This document shows positions 23,909 to 37,535 of a stretch of 64,000 nt of DNA, in pieces. The translations under genes and the position numbers were made by a program. The DNA comes from Haliotis rufescens (taxonomy: Eukaryota). Where the stretch lies: the NCBI RefSeq assembly GCF_023055435.1, contig NW_025963890.1, positions 1,798,001 through 1,862,000 of the forward strand, written 5' to 3'. The notes under the pieces are model-generated. The model did not search any database. It had not been told where the DNA came from and saw only the letters and a program-made list of their open reading frames with translations. Every line of letters begins with the position of its first letter. Within the stretch, counting starts at the first letter, position 1.

Positions 23909-25632
23909 CAGACCTGTCAACCCTTCCGCATTTTGCGGGAGACTCCCACACGATTCTACATGTGTAACATCCAGTCATAAAATAATACAGACTACTTTGA
24001 TTAATTTACACAAAGTATTTTTATTTTTTTACGCATGCAGTTTGAATCATCGTCCACGATCAGCGTTACATACATCTACATGTCCCATGCCACTGTGAAA
24101 TAATTGCGCCACTGTTCCATTCACTACCATCATTACGTAATGTGAACCTCAGCAAGGAATATCTGTACAACGCTCTTTCCTAGAACGCGGGGTCAGTTTC
24201 TTGGACCCCGATGACAGCGGTATATCGAGGGATCACTGTATTTCTCCCGCAAAACAGAATTCTTCATTGTTTTAAAAATTCGCCTCCATTGTCCCATGAG
24301 GAAAAACAAAGAACGGGAAGTTTACGTCCCGATGTGGCCGGTAGGCTCCCGGATGAGCGACTGCTACCACAGCCACCCACAGGGGGACCCAGATGGGCCT
24401 TTGTCAAGTAATCAATTGGTAATTGAATTCATATGGTGAATGATTTAACAATTTAAACTGTAAAGAAAACTCGGATAGTCCTAACAGGTGCCTGAAGGGT
24501 TGAACTTTAAATGCATAATCAGCCGAGTATTCATCACTGGCTGAAATGAACTGTTGTCTTCGTGTTCTTAGTGTGTTTATTACTCCATAATTTAAGAACG
24601 TCCAGTTATACATGACTTAATTGGTTTTCAGATTTGTCAGAAACTTTGTCAAAACATCAATATACCTCAAAGTTACGTCATTAAACTCTCGGAAATGAAA
24701 ACAAAATATAACCTGCAAGCGCCGTCTTCAGAAACAACACTATGCGTGATTGGTTGATTCTGTAGTCGAAATAAATGCGTTACACAATCAGGCTTCAAAG
24801 TCAAAGTTTAAAGTGAAACTTATAAATTTCCTTTTGAGTGACATCGTGACTTGTGTGCACAGAAATATCAACACATAGAACTTTATCAAATTTCATGAGA
24901 ATGTATCCTGTGATTATTTTACACGATTTGATTGGCTAATAGTTTGTTTGCGTTCCAGATTTGCAATCTAAATGGCATACAACAGTACTAGTCAACCAAT
25001 GAGACTAATACACGTCAAGGTCAGAAAGGTCAACAACGACAACGAGACTCATTTAATTCATAAATTGTAGAAAAAAACGTAATAGTACTTCGAAATATGG
25101 CATACATTTCTGGGAATGGAATAATGTGAACATTTCTAGCGAAGTAAAGGGACTGTCAACAGACAGAAATAAACAATATATCTTATTGAAATTAGGGGCG
25201 ATCATGTTGCGTCATGATAAATGCATTTGATATTTCTTTGGCATATTTTGTAACCAAACTTGCGCCGAATACTCAGAAAACCTGCATCATAACGAAGCCT
25301 GACAACTGGTCGGATTGAACACGTTGTCAACTAGTCAAGCTACCGATCGTTAAATTTCAATATCTGTTTGCGTTTATCTGAGATGATCTTTGAACGAAAG
25401 TGATATGGGTAGATTGTGCTAGGTTTATTCTTGGAGGAGGAAAATTCAAACGGAAATTAAGCAAGCTGAACGTATAAGAAGATATCAATTATTTACTGTT
25501 TTAAATATTTGGTTTTCTTAATAACAATAATAAAAATAAAAGGTGGAAATTATCTTATTTTCACTATTTGAAAAATCTCCCCCTTTGGAGGCAAATCTCC
25601 CACGTTGTCATGATGAAGGTTTGACAGGTCTG
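23909..25632. mobile_element. Non-autonomous DNA transposon, 1724 bp, hAT-like termini, 6-bp TSD
   Basis: TIR CAGACCTGTCAAMCCTTC (17/18); ATTACC directly flanks both ends (23903-23908 / 25633-25638); subterminal CTCCC motifs; no transposase ORF. Confidence 0.85.
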
Positions 25633-26474
25633 ATTACCTGAGCAGCAATGTTTTCTTTCAACCTCATTAGTTGCACTCTCACTTTTTGGCTGAGCAAGCT
25701 GATCTAATTGTTTTGCTAACAAATGTAAAACACATGTTCTTTAATTGAAAGTATAAATATTTCAAACCTAATTTGTACTTTCTTTCCACAAAACTCTCAC
25801 AAGGAACTTAAACACCTTGAGTTGTGATCAGTGTTGGGCAGGACCCTGGTTTTACCTTGACCTACAAAACTAGGAGGACCAGAGGACCCCCAGTTACTAA
25901 TGTCAAGGATCTTTACGGGTAATATGAAGGTACTGTAACGTGATGAAATGGTGCAGTGTACTGTACTTTAAGATTTTGAAAATTACTTGTAATTACTGTA
26001 ATTACAGGAACTTTATATTTCTTGTAAAGAATTTGTTACAATGCGCATCCATTCTACACATTTGTGCGTCCAAGACGAACATTTCTGCCTCACGTAAAAC
26101 AAAGCCCTAAAACTTCTCACCAGAGTTGAAGCTTAACCTGCCCTCCGTAATGATCACTGAGGACACTCATCTGATACCACCACCATACATTTCCCCATAT
26201 TTGTCCCTCTTATGGATGTTCCTGCAGTTCCAAAGAAGAATATGAAACATTGTAGGAAGAAATATTGATCAATTCCACAGTCCAACATTCACCACATTAT
26301 GTGTGCAAAGTTTTATGGAGCAATATCGGTATCATAAATATTTCAACTCTACAGGTCTATATGGGGAAAGTTTAGCCACAACACACTACAATCTACAAAA
26401 CTTTAATATACAAGAGATTATTAGATATCAATAGAGATAATATGGTCAATGGTTCATTGAGGATAGCTAACCTG

Positions 26475-26864
26475 AACAAGAGTCATCAGAAAGATGACAT
26501 ATCCCCCCGGCAGCTGTCTGTTAAGTAACCACTAGTAAATGTGCAATTCTGTATGTAATGAGTCAACAGTTGAATGTTCTTTAAGAAGCATACATTGTTT
26601 ACCCACTGAATGGTTTTCGAATTCTGGCCTGGAAACGAACCCGTTCCCCAATGGAGTCTAGGTCCAACTTCTTTCCATAAAAATTCGTAAAAAAAATATA
26701 TCAAAAGGCACCACTTCAGTATGTGCCTGATAGCTTTGCCAAGTTTCGATCAAATACACTGAATAGTTTTCGAATCCTGCCCCGGAAAAGGAAATGATTA
26801 CGGACGGACAGACAGACTGGCTGATCGCTATATCCCCCTGCATTATATGCCGGGGGGATAAAAA
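26475..26864 (-). mobile_element. Helentron-associated non-autonomous element (HINE / DINE-1-like)
   Basis: Minus strand: TTTTATCCCCCC...GGGGGATAT sub-terminal inverted repeat, (GTCY)n microsatellite, 3' GGGGGGATAT plus hairpin GTCATC-TTTCT-GATGAC then TCTTGTT. Confidence 0.8.
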
Positions 26865-26884
26865 GTACATGACTTTGGTGTTTG

Positions 26885-27206
26885 ATTGGTTTGTTTGTTT
26901 GTTGTTTAACTGCACTCAGCAATATTCCAGCTATATACGGCGGTCTTGAATACTCGAGTCTGGGCCAGACATGACATCATGATCATCGAGCCAGGCAATT
27001 GGGATACAATGACATGCATCGGCCAGGTCAGCAAGCCTGACCACCTGATCCTGTTTGTCACCTCTTACAACAAGCATAGTCACCTCTTACAACAAGCATA
27101 GTCACCTCTTACAACAAGCATAGTCACCTCTTACAATAAGCATAGTCACCTTTTACGGCAAGAATGGGTTGCTGAAGGCCTATTATAACCCAGATCTTCA
27201 CGGGTC
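26885..27206 (-). mobile_element. SINE-like family B copy with five-fold 22-bp module
   Basis: Family B homology; head GACCCGTGAAGATCTGGGTT; GTCACCTCTTACAACAAGCATA module at 27057, 27079, 27101, 27123, 27145. Confidence 0.92.
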
Positions 27207-27960
27207 CTCGGTAATTGATAATAGGATGGACTGCAGGTAATATAACAGTTTTTGCTGAAATTGCTTGTACCATATGTTACTGTGTCTTTTTCTGTTTATT
27301 TTTTTATGATTATATTAGGTGTTATTTGTGGAGCAGGACTCATATTGTTTGTATAAAAGTGAGTGAGTGAGTGAGTGAGTGAGTGAATGAGAGGTTTAAT
27401 GCCACTTTGTCCAGTAGCTTGGTGAAGCCTTGGCATGTCTTTGGGCCAAGGGCCACAACACAGTGATATACTGCACATTGGACCACTGGGACCTCTGTTC
27501 TTATATACAGTACACTGTGGGAAGATAATGGTCAAACTAAAACACACGTCGTTGGCAAGCTGTCATGAACACTGAATCCACAGTATTTGAACCCTTTAGT
27601 CTTACTTGTAGATCTTTCCCTGAATTCTAACAAAGTTGTTTAGTTGCCATGGAAACTTGTACATCATCCATTGTTTGATGATGTCACTGTATTAAATTAC
27701 ACAATTCTTTTCACAGCCAAGTACACAGAGAAATGGAGTGCTACCAAAACATGAATAATTTCAGTAGTTTTAAGATGTAAAACCGTTCAATGAAGCCATG
27801 AAATTCACTGTTTATCTCCTAAATAGCATGTTGTCCCATCAATGATGCATGTGCAACTGTCCGCCAATGGGCTGGTGCTTGTTACAACTACTGTTACTAT
27901 TATGTGTGCAGTTGTAATGCATGGATCTATTGGTGGAAGGTGGTAATCAGAGACAATGTA

Positions 27961-28215
27961 TAACAAGGGCAAAAGTGAGCGTGGCTCACTAATACCCCTG
28001 ACCCGCCTAGTGTGTCAGCAGTTTCAAATTAAATAATGGATAGGGTTAGGGTTTGAAAAATTCATAAAAAAATGGAAAATTAATGAAAACAATTCTTTTC
28101 TTTTGACTGCACCCCTCCATATGACACAGATTATATGTACTAAGTTTGAGATGAATCCACTGAATAGTTTAAGAGAAATCGTGCGGACAAAGTTTTCAGA
28201 CGGACGGACGGAACC
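27961..28215 (-). mobile_element. HINE-like element, partial
   Basis: AACAAG terminus with hairpin AGTGAGC-GTG-GCTCACT and (GACG)n block at ~28199-28210. Confidence 0.65.
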
Positions 28216-29395
28216 TTGGTATAACTTTATATAATGTCCTGGGGCCAATGCCATGAAGCGATGTTGGCGTTACAACTGACCTGAGTTAGAGCATGGGAAT
28301 ATGGTGATCTTCCAAAGGAGATCACTTTGAAGATCAGAGTTCTGGTGTGGCACTAACACGCCATGCTCATTCAGGTATTAATGATGACACTGAAATGACT
28401 AGGAACAAAAACAGGCAGGCTGATAGGTATAGTCATCCAATACTGACATCCCTTGATGCTGGGCTGGGTTGTGTTTACAGTCAGTATGGCTGGAGCTACC
28501 CTCACGTGCTGGGTCGGGTGTCTTCCTTCCAAACAATCTTCAATCTTGATGCTGACATACGATGTCCTACTCACTCAGATACAAAACTCATTCATCAAAC
28601 GTTGGAATCACAAAACTAGTGTCAACTTTGAATTATCAATTTCTTCTTTGTTTAAAGACTGGTAGATACATTTGATTGATAATGAGTGTAAATGAAAAAA
28701 AAACTGTATAATAATAATCTGTTTAGTAGGGTTGAATTCATACACAAAATGTTGGTAATGATTATCTCATGATATATGATTTCAATGATGACATTACAAT
28801 CTTGTAAATAACTAAAATCATAGATATTAAAACAGTTCATGCATATTTTACAATTTTCAATATGTGAGGCAGGAATTTTTCTAGGATTGAAACTGGGAGC
28901 CCATGGCAGGAAAATTGGAGAAAGTAAAATAAATTTATTAAAAAATTTAACATTGTATTCAACGCAATAACGTAAAACATTAAGGCTTCTTCCTCATTAT
29001 TGGCCCTGTTATCAGTGAAATACATGTCACCTCTATAGACCCATAACATTTGTTATAACTATATTAACCTGAATTGGTAAATATTTCATTCACAGTTGGA
29101 AATATTTACTGACATTGGCTGCAGACTAGGGCCAATATCGGCTTCTGAGCAGGCACAGGTAAATCCCTGGAGTCAGTCAATGCAAAGAGATGCTCAGACG
29201 AGCAGGAGGTGGATATTGGGAGGAACCTTTGCAACATAAGTCTCTGATGCTACACCATCTGTACTGGGGCTTGTGGCTGGACCTGAGTACCCTCTATGAA
29301 TATATTGAGTGATAGGAACGCCCCCCTTTAAATATATAATGATTTTAACACTACCCTCCCTCGCTTAGTCTGTCATACTGACCCTGAAACCAATA

Positions 29396-30517
29396 CCGTA
29401 TTTTCTTGAGTATAGTGCGCACTTTTTTTCGAAAAAACACAGCTGTGTAGAAGGGGGTGCGCATAATACACGAATTATGAGTTTGGATGTTTTTTTCCCC
29501 CATGGAAAGACAGTACCGTGAGCACGAAACACCGGGAATACCATGTCAACAAATCCATACTTAAGTACGCAAAATAATTATGTAATTACACTGTCTGGCT
29601 ATAAAAAGTGTTCTTTGTATATCAGGACTTATGTTTGTAACTTATTTCATTGATTTTATTCAAAATTCCTTATAATCTGATTATATTGTTTTTATTAATT
29701 TCGGCGAAATCGTGTGTGAGGCGATCGGAAGATCGCACAACTCACCGTTATTAACAGCAACCACGGTCAGAATACCGCTATTGACGCCTTGAAACAAACT
29801 TTAGTTGACAGAGAATGTATACATATATCATAAATGACATACTTTGACTCGTTAAAAGTCATGTTTGTTTTTGTTTGACGATTCTATGTCAACATGAAAT
29901 TCTCGCGATCACGTGATCATGTGCGCGTGAGCCTTGACAGTGACTGGTCAGACATGTTCCATGTAAAAAATAATGCCCGGGAATAGCGATCAGCTGCTTC
30001 GCTTAGGGTTATTATTATTTTAAATATGTTTATTAAAGGTTGCATATAATTAAGAAAATAATGGAATATATTATTCCTGATAAATAAAATAGTTTCAGAT
30101 ACAATTGTTGCCGATCCTTGCATTAAAAATCTTATAAAGTTATATCATTGGGTGTGTCTTGACCGAATCACCGGTCGATTCCAAGAAAACGTGTGTACAG
30201 CTGATTGCTGTTTCCAGCTTAGTTTACGAGAAAATACGCAAGGTAATCTTAATCCCTAAATATAAAACAATGCCTAGCAGAACAATAAATACTATTTAAA
30301 CGGTAAATAAACATGTCTGGTGATTTTTTATCTCAAATTTCGAATTTGTACTGACGAAGTTTCTCAGCACCCGTTCGTTTGCCGGACTTCGCTGAAAGGG
30401 TACGGTGTAAAAAATTTCTGCGCATAATATTCAAATTTCTTTTTTTCCAAAATATTGAACCCGCTAGAGGGGGGTGCGCATTATACATGGGTGTGCACTA
30501 TACTCAAGAAAATACGG
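29396..30517. mobile_element. Tc2-like non-autonomous DNA transposon, 1122 bp
   Basis: TIR CCGTATTTTCTTGAGTATAGTGCRCAC (26/27), TA on both flanks, subterminal GGGGTGCGCATWATACA near both ends. Confidence 0.93.
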
Positions 30518-32206
30518 TATATCCTATACAGCAAATGCAAGTCAATAATGTTTGGCAAATCTAGATTACTGCAGTAGCTGAATATGAAGAAAGTCTCTGG
30601 GCTCCTTTTTATTATAGTTTATAACTATTATTTAACAACTGTTTCTTCTGTAAAATATGTGTATTACAGAGACTAGATGTCAGTCTATCCCTATTGATAA
30701 AATCTTGATTGTAGCATACAGCAAGTCAGTGGTAGCATGTAAAACCATCATGCATGCACAATTCTATGGACAGAAACATCACATAAATCAAAACATTTCA
30801 CCCAGTCAAATATGAAGCTATTTGAGGAAAAGATGTGTTTGATAAACCCAACACGCTTCCTTTAAGGCAATTTACTTCTGTGTGTATGGAGAGCAAACTT
30901 GAAAAGCAAGTTCAGTTCCTGGTGATTCTATCAATAATGCAAATGAAGCCATTATACTTATTCAAAAGAACATATGATGCAACTAATGAATCTTCCTTGT
31001 ATCACAAAGCGCAGATCAATTTCTTGACAGAGGAAACTTTCCATTGTGTAAAATAAATACTGCTATTTATGAAACTTCCTCAATATGAAATACAATCTAA
31101 GTCAGTGTTAAAAATACCCGCCTGCCCAACAGCCAGACACGGGCTATTATGCGGACAGATGGTCAGTTTTGGAAAGGTGCATCTCTCTCTCTATCTCTCT
31201 CTCTCTCTCGTAAAACCCCATTTCACCTCACATATTATTGTATTCCCAAAATTACCTGACCATTCTAGTTTTAATTCAATGTAAGGGGTAGAGTAACTGT
31301 AAACGCTAAACCCATTATTCAGTCATTTCTTTGTATGTTGGTATCTGTCCTCATTTTCTTTTGGCCAAATGCTCAAAATTATCCAATCAGAACGCATTTC
31401 GTTAATGTTTTAGGCTTGTTTTGTTTATAACAGTGCATTTCTTTTTCGTTTCAACTTTCATGTAATTGGTATAGTAAGAATGTACGGGGGAAGTTAGGTG
31501 ATTTTTCGTTAGTCTGCAATCTCGAACCAATCTGATTATACAAACAAAAAGATAAATTCATCTGGGAAATCAGGTCTGTCATAAACCTTTTCAAAATTCA
31601 TTATGATGCATTCCGAAACACAAACGAAAACATAAACGTGACGACATTTGAGGTTCGAGGGCAAATTTCATGATTCTTGTAATGGCCGCTTCAACAGAGG
31701 TCGCGATGTTAACGGGAATGTAGTGAAGGTGTAACACGCTGCGAAGGAGCTTGGTATTCTACAAAAATGTTATGCCTACTGTGTGTATGGAGCCCTGGTT
31801 AATGTTGCCAAAATGGCAACACTAGAAATGGCCATGTGTTCTGTAATTATGGATCTGAGTTTTCAGATATGGATGAATCAGACTTGGAATTTGATGAATA
31901 AAATTTTCAATGAGTTAAAGTTACTAAGTTATCAATCCACCAGTATGATGTTCTTTTCTGGAAACTAACATCAAATGGTACTATTCTTATGTTTACTCTT
32001 TTCTTTTCTTTTGCCTAGAAATGTTTGGACAGGCAACTTTTAATCTGGTTTTGTAAGTTTGCAATGTTGCCAGAACGATTGTCTGACAGTAATTTGGGGG
32101 AATTTTATAAACTGTCCTTTGAGAGACATTGAATGCGAAGTCTACACAAGTTATAATGCTGTATACCTGATAGCATCACTGCAGTCCCTGAATGTATGAT
32201 GAGAAG

Positions 32207-32466
32207 CTGTATTGAATACAGGGCCTGAAATAGTGCAAGACTTGAGACGGGCCCAGGCAGTTCTACAAATACATCCTTGAGTTCCCTGTATGATGGGAGG
32301 AAGTGGCTGTATTGAATACAGGACTTGAGACGGACCCAGGCAGTTCTACAAATACATCCTTTAGTTCCCTGTATGATGGGAGGAAGTGGCTGTATTGAAT
32401 ACAGGACTTGAGACGGACCCAGGCAGTTCTACAAATACATCCTTTAGTACCCTGTATGATGGGAGA
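32207..32466. repeat. 83-bp tandem repeat, ~3 copies
   Basis: GACTTGAGACGG at 32239, 32322, 32405. Confidence 0.92.
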
Positions 32467-32828
32467 ACGACGTGATCAGTGGGAGAATTGTCAAAGAACA
32501 AACCATGCTTGCGAGATCAAACTATGACCTTCAAACTATTGATTAAAGATGAAGGCAAAATGCTAAATGCAAAAAGGGAGCATAGATGTTGATTAACGAA
32601 AGCACATAAAAATAGCTTCTGAATGATAAGAGACAAATATATAGAAAAATGGAAAAGGCAATGCTTTTAAAGGGTAGCTTATCAGGACAATCCTATAAGG
32701 GTTACTTCAATCTTGAAAGGCCAAAGGTTCACCTGAATGTATGTTCTATAACTATCTATTAAACTATGTGATAACACTTTCAATAACAAGTTTCACTTTA
32801 AGAAACACCAAATAAGTATTACCAGTTT

Positions 32829-32975
32829 CCCCAGTCAGCATCCCGGCATAAGCTGCCAAAATCTACCCCCCTTCGGAGTATACCCGGGTAGATTCTGTGA
32901 GATTCTACCCCCCTTTCCCGGAATCTACCCCCAAGGGGTATAATCTGGGAGTTCCCAGAATTTTCCCCGATGTAG
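32829..32975. mobile_element. Probable transposon terminus fragment
   Basis: GC-rich block with repeated and inverted AATCTACCCC motifs, ending at a family B insertion; no partner end seen. Confidence 0.35.
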
Positions 32976-32977
32976 AT

Positions 32978-33232
32978 AACGCCGCACTCAGTAATATTCC
33001 AGCTATATGACAGTGGTCGGTAAATAATCGAGTCTGGGCCAGATAATCCAGTTATTGATATCAAGAGCATCGATCCATGCAATTGGGATGCAATGACATG
33101 CATCAACCAAGTCAGCGGGCTTGACGACGTGATCCTGTTAGTTGGCTCTTACGACAAGCATAGTTGCCTTTTATGGCAAACATGGGTTGCTAGAGATCTA
33201 TTTTAACCCAGATCTTCACGGATGTCACGGGT
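32978..33232 (-). mobile_element. SINE-like family B copy
   Basis: Colinear with the family. Confidence 0.9.
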
Positions 33233-35859
33233 TTGAGAAGACTTTCAGTCCTATCACAGCATGCCACCTTAGTGTCATAGGATAACCACAAAAAAGGGTA
33301 AGGCACTGTCAAGACTAACTGACATGATTTGGGTAAATCTAGATTTAAACCCACAACCTGTGGTTTCAACATGAGAAAGAGTCACAACTTCCTTCAGAGT
33401 TTGAGATAGCCATTGGTCACCAGTCACAGACAGATAAAAATTCAGTTTGACAGATGGTCTGTTTAAGTAGTCAGGTTTATGACAGACAGAAAAGCTAAGA
33501 AAAAAATCACATGTTTCGCAATTTAATAATTAAAAAGTAAATATCAAAGATTAGTCCTACATAAACTATCGATTCAATAAAACAATCCACAGCCATAAAA
33601 AATCGTAATAATTGAAATTCTGAGCAGGGGGTGTCTTTGCATCGTACTATCAACATCATAGGGAAACGCTGTCAGGAGCTACAGTGACTAAGTCAAGCCC
33701 TTTTCTTATTGCAACTTTCATTGGCCACATCATATATATACATCTAATCACGAAGGGTATTGCATTGATTTGTTAAGGTTCGTCCACCATTTTTGTGGAT
33801 TTGTAAGCACGTGGCATAAGCAATTTTTGTGTTTTCTGGATTTGACTTATTGACTTTTGAAATTGACTTTTTACATTTCTTGGGTCGAAGTCATTGAACT
33901 ATACACAGCTTCTTGCGTCAAAATCACTGCTTCAGACCAGTGGGCCACCACTGCCCAGCTTTAAAAAGATGAATACAAATGGCCAAACATCTACAACCAG
34001 TTTGTTCTTATAGATATTAAAAGTGCAACATAAAATTTCAAATGACTTGCTTTCTTGTTTCTGCAGAAAAAAAAGTTCAACTATATCTCACCAAATTGAT
34101 CTTTCGAGAAACGTATATGCAAAATGGTACAGTTTTATTCATGTTCAGGAAACAGACATGCCACTTGCTAGAATTATATTTCATATCTAAATCTAGGCAA
34201 ACTGTTTCTTCCTGCTATTTGCCATAAAGACCAAATTGTATTTCTAATTAAGTCATCAACAATCAAAACATGCCAAGGACTAGTTCTCCGTCCCCGGAGG
34301 GGAGGCAAACGTGTTATGAATAAAATATTCCACTTCCCAATAGAAACAGGTCTGGGTAACAGTAAACACAAGCTCTCTGTCTCCATGCTGCAACAGTAAA
34401 GTAGCTCCCTCGTCCATCTGTCCTTAACAGTGCATGTTTGGGACAAAACATGACAATAAAGACACAACACTTAGATTTACTACCTGTATACCTGAATGAA
34501 TTTACATAACAGAGCTGAGGGAACAGGTAAAAATCAATTAATTTCCTTTGAAATAAGCACCTGCCAATGTCAGTCCACTTAAATTGAATCTGATTAAACA
34601 TTTAGAAAAACTTGCAACAGACAAACTCCATCCAGGCCCAATCTAATGGTATCGGCTACATGCATTGATAGCATGCACTAACCATGAAGGAGAGAACTGG
34701 CACAATCAATACAACATTCCACATTGGTTACTTTCAACCCGGGGTTCCTACAGTTGGATCCTGCTCTCCACAGGGATGCTGAAGAAGGCTGCAAGATTGC
34801 TATTCAAGAATTGACTTGAATATTATTTGTTTTGGAGGTTTAGCAGTACACTTCCATAAATGCAAAAATATACTGAAATTAAGCATAAGTAAAGTAAGTG
34901 AAATAGATAAGTAAATAATAATTCAGACTGCTTATATTAGCATTAACACAAAAACACTGTAGACAACAATGTGAAATAATGACATTCAGCGCAATTATGC
35001 AACACAAGACAACACCTCTCATCAGGAAATAAAGACACAACCCAGTATTGAACATGGCCTCGATCTTTTTCCATTTATGGAAACATAAACGAAATAAATA
35101 ATTGCTTGGTTAACCAATCAAGTGCCTTGGAGTTGCTTGCAATGTATTGTGTTGTATTCTACTGGGTTTCTCTTGTAGTTTCCTTCCCTGTGATGTACAA
35201 CAGTTTCAACTTCCTCCGTGCCCGCCTCTGGCATTCTGCATCTCAACTCTTCTACAATCACAGCCAACATCTGGGACAACAAGAAACTGTTAAGCTGAAC
35301 TCTTTTTAACCATTCATCATTTAAGACGTATTATCATTATTATTTATGGCGGACTCCTCGACACTTGATAATCAAGTTGTCACTCTAATAGTATCAACAT
35401 TTGCCACAGTGCAAGGACACTTCTAATAACTTGTGGATCTTTTGTAAAGAGATAAGGTTAGTTCTTAAATCTATATTTCATTCAAAATACAATGTTTTAT
35501 TTGAGTGTGTTTTTTCCTTATGTTTGTCTTCGGACTCACCTAACCATATACTGTAACTTGGTGATTTCTCTTACCCAACTGTAATAATGAAAGGTTTCCT
35601 TGTTTCCAGGCTTGGTAATGAGGGCAATAAACGGGACAGAAATACACATCCTTTACACAATCACGTATCAAATTTGTTGGGTAGACAAGTTTCCCAACTT
35701 CCTGTTAGTTGATGGCGTTCCCTGACAGAACTTCCTGTCAGTCGATGGTGTTTCCTGACAGCAATGTCTGACATAGCACCCTTCATGGATAGTTTACTTT
35801 CTTCTCACAGACCGTGAATGGAATGAGGAAGTCAGTGAGTTAGGCTTAGGCCACACAAA

Positions 35860-36330
35860 CCTGTGTGCACGTGTGTGTGGTGTGTACTTGTGTGAGTGTG
35901 GTGTGTGTGCNNNNNNNNNNNNNNNNNNNNNNNNNNNNNNNNNNNNNNNNNNNNNNNNNNNNNNNNNNNNNNNNNNNNNNNNNNNNNNNNNNNNNNNNNN
36001 NNNNNNNNNNNNNNNNNNNNNNNNNNNNNNNNNNNNNNNNNNNNNNNNNNNNNNNNNNTGTATGTGGTATGTACGCGAGTGTGTGGTGTGTGCATGTGTG
36101 TGTCTGGAATAAAGTCAATGTTATAGTGCTAGCCCACTGAGATACCATGTGACAGTCGAACATGGCCACCCACTCAGTATAGCCGACCAGTCCTTGTTTT
36201 ATCCCCTGTAATGCAGAGCGCCAGGCAGTTTAACAACAAGTACCATCTTTTAACGTCTTCTGGTATGACTGAACCACCCACCTTCCACTCTGGGCAGACT
36301 CTCTATCCACTAGACCACAGAGGCAGTCTT
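35860..36330 (-). mobile_element. Family C SINE with expanded (TG)-rich tract spanning an assembly gap (N 35911-36058)
   Basis: 36118-36330 matches 9033-9237; the TG-rich tract corresponds to the short TG tract of 8920-9237. Confidence 0.75.
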
Positions 36331-36457
36331 TGTGGGGAACTGAACCTGGATCAACCTTTGGCATGATAAGCAAATGCATTCACCACTAAACCACTCACAG
36401 GATCCTTAGGTTTAGAGCAGGAATGTACAGTCAGCAATATCAGGTAATAATCAAGAT

Positions 36458-36667
36458 TTGTTTGTTTGTTGTTTAAAGCAGCACTCAACAATATTCCATC
36501 GAGTCTGGATCAGACAATCCAGTGATTGATATCATGTGCATCAATCTATGCAATTGGGATACGACGGCATGCATCAACCAAGTCATTGAGCCTGACCACC
36601 ATTGTCGCCTCTTACAAACAAGCATGGGTTGCTGAAGACCAGTTCTAACCCAGATCTTCGTAGGTCT
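36458..36667 (-). mobile_element. SINE-like family B copy (single module, internal deletions)
   Basis: Family homology; head GACCTACGAAGATCTGGGTTAGAACTGGTCTTCAGCAACCC. Confidence 0.88.
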
Positions 36668-37361
36668 GAAACAGCATCGAACAGTTCATTGGTTCAATGA
36701 TGGCCTGTCTGAGCTTAATGTGAGAAGAAAGTCCAAAATGGAACTGGTTGTCAACACTCACCCTTAGTACTGTGTCAACTGACTGGGATAATATATCGGG
36801 TAAATTAGTGGACTCTGTCACACAAAAAATAAACAATAGACTATGACCAAACATGTTTATGACATGAGAATAAGCTCTTTCATCTCAACTAAACATTGTA
36901 ACATGAAATAATCTTGTTTTCAATATCGGAATCATATGCAAACTTATCTGATGTAACTAAGTATCTATTTCTGTACAGAATATATATAATATAAAAGAAG
37001 TCATTCTTTTAATGTTCCTTAAACAAAAATGAATTAAGCCTCTGTATAATGATAATCTGGCTGTCATTTTGTTAATTGGTAGCCACTGCAGACAACTGGG
37101 AAACCCGGACAACACTTCCTGTCAGTCATTGGTCTGCAGGGATTCTGATTGGCCAGCTGAGGCCCCATCCATCTTCCTGTAAACTACACGGATTACCCTG
37201 GCTGTATCCTCCTGGGAACACGCCTCACCAACATGACTTATTTATCAACGTCCTCAGGCTGACCAGGACATCAACTCTAGCTGGCACTCAGGGACAGTCT
37301 CTTTACTTCATAGCACACACAAATAGTTGGGAGTTCTTCAAGCGTTGGCTTAAACGGTATC

Positions 37362-37443
37362 AGTGAGTGAGTGAGTGAGTGAGTGAGTGAGTGAGTGAGT
37401 GAGTGAGTGAGTGAGTGAGTGAGTGAGTGAGTGAGTGAGTGAG
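37362..37443. repeat. (AGTG)n microsatellite, ~20 units
   Basis: Pure tetranucleotide run. Confidence 0.98.
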
Positions 37444-37535
37444 AAGTAATAATGATCTAAGCGCTGTTTCAGTTTCATCACTGTGTAAACAAAACGCAGA
37501 CGGAAGCCGAAAGTCCAGTTTGTATGCATAACCAC

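Noticed and set aside
31103-32115. hAT-like element bounded by CAGTGTTAAAAAT / ATTTTATAAACTG
   Set aside because: Termini match poorly and no TSD is visible.
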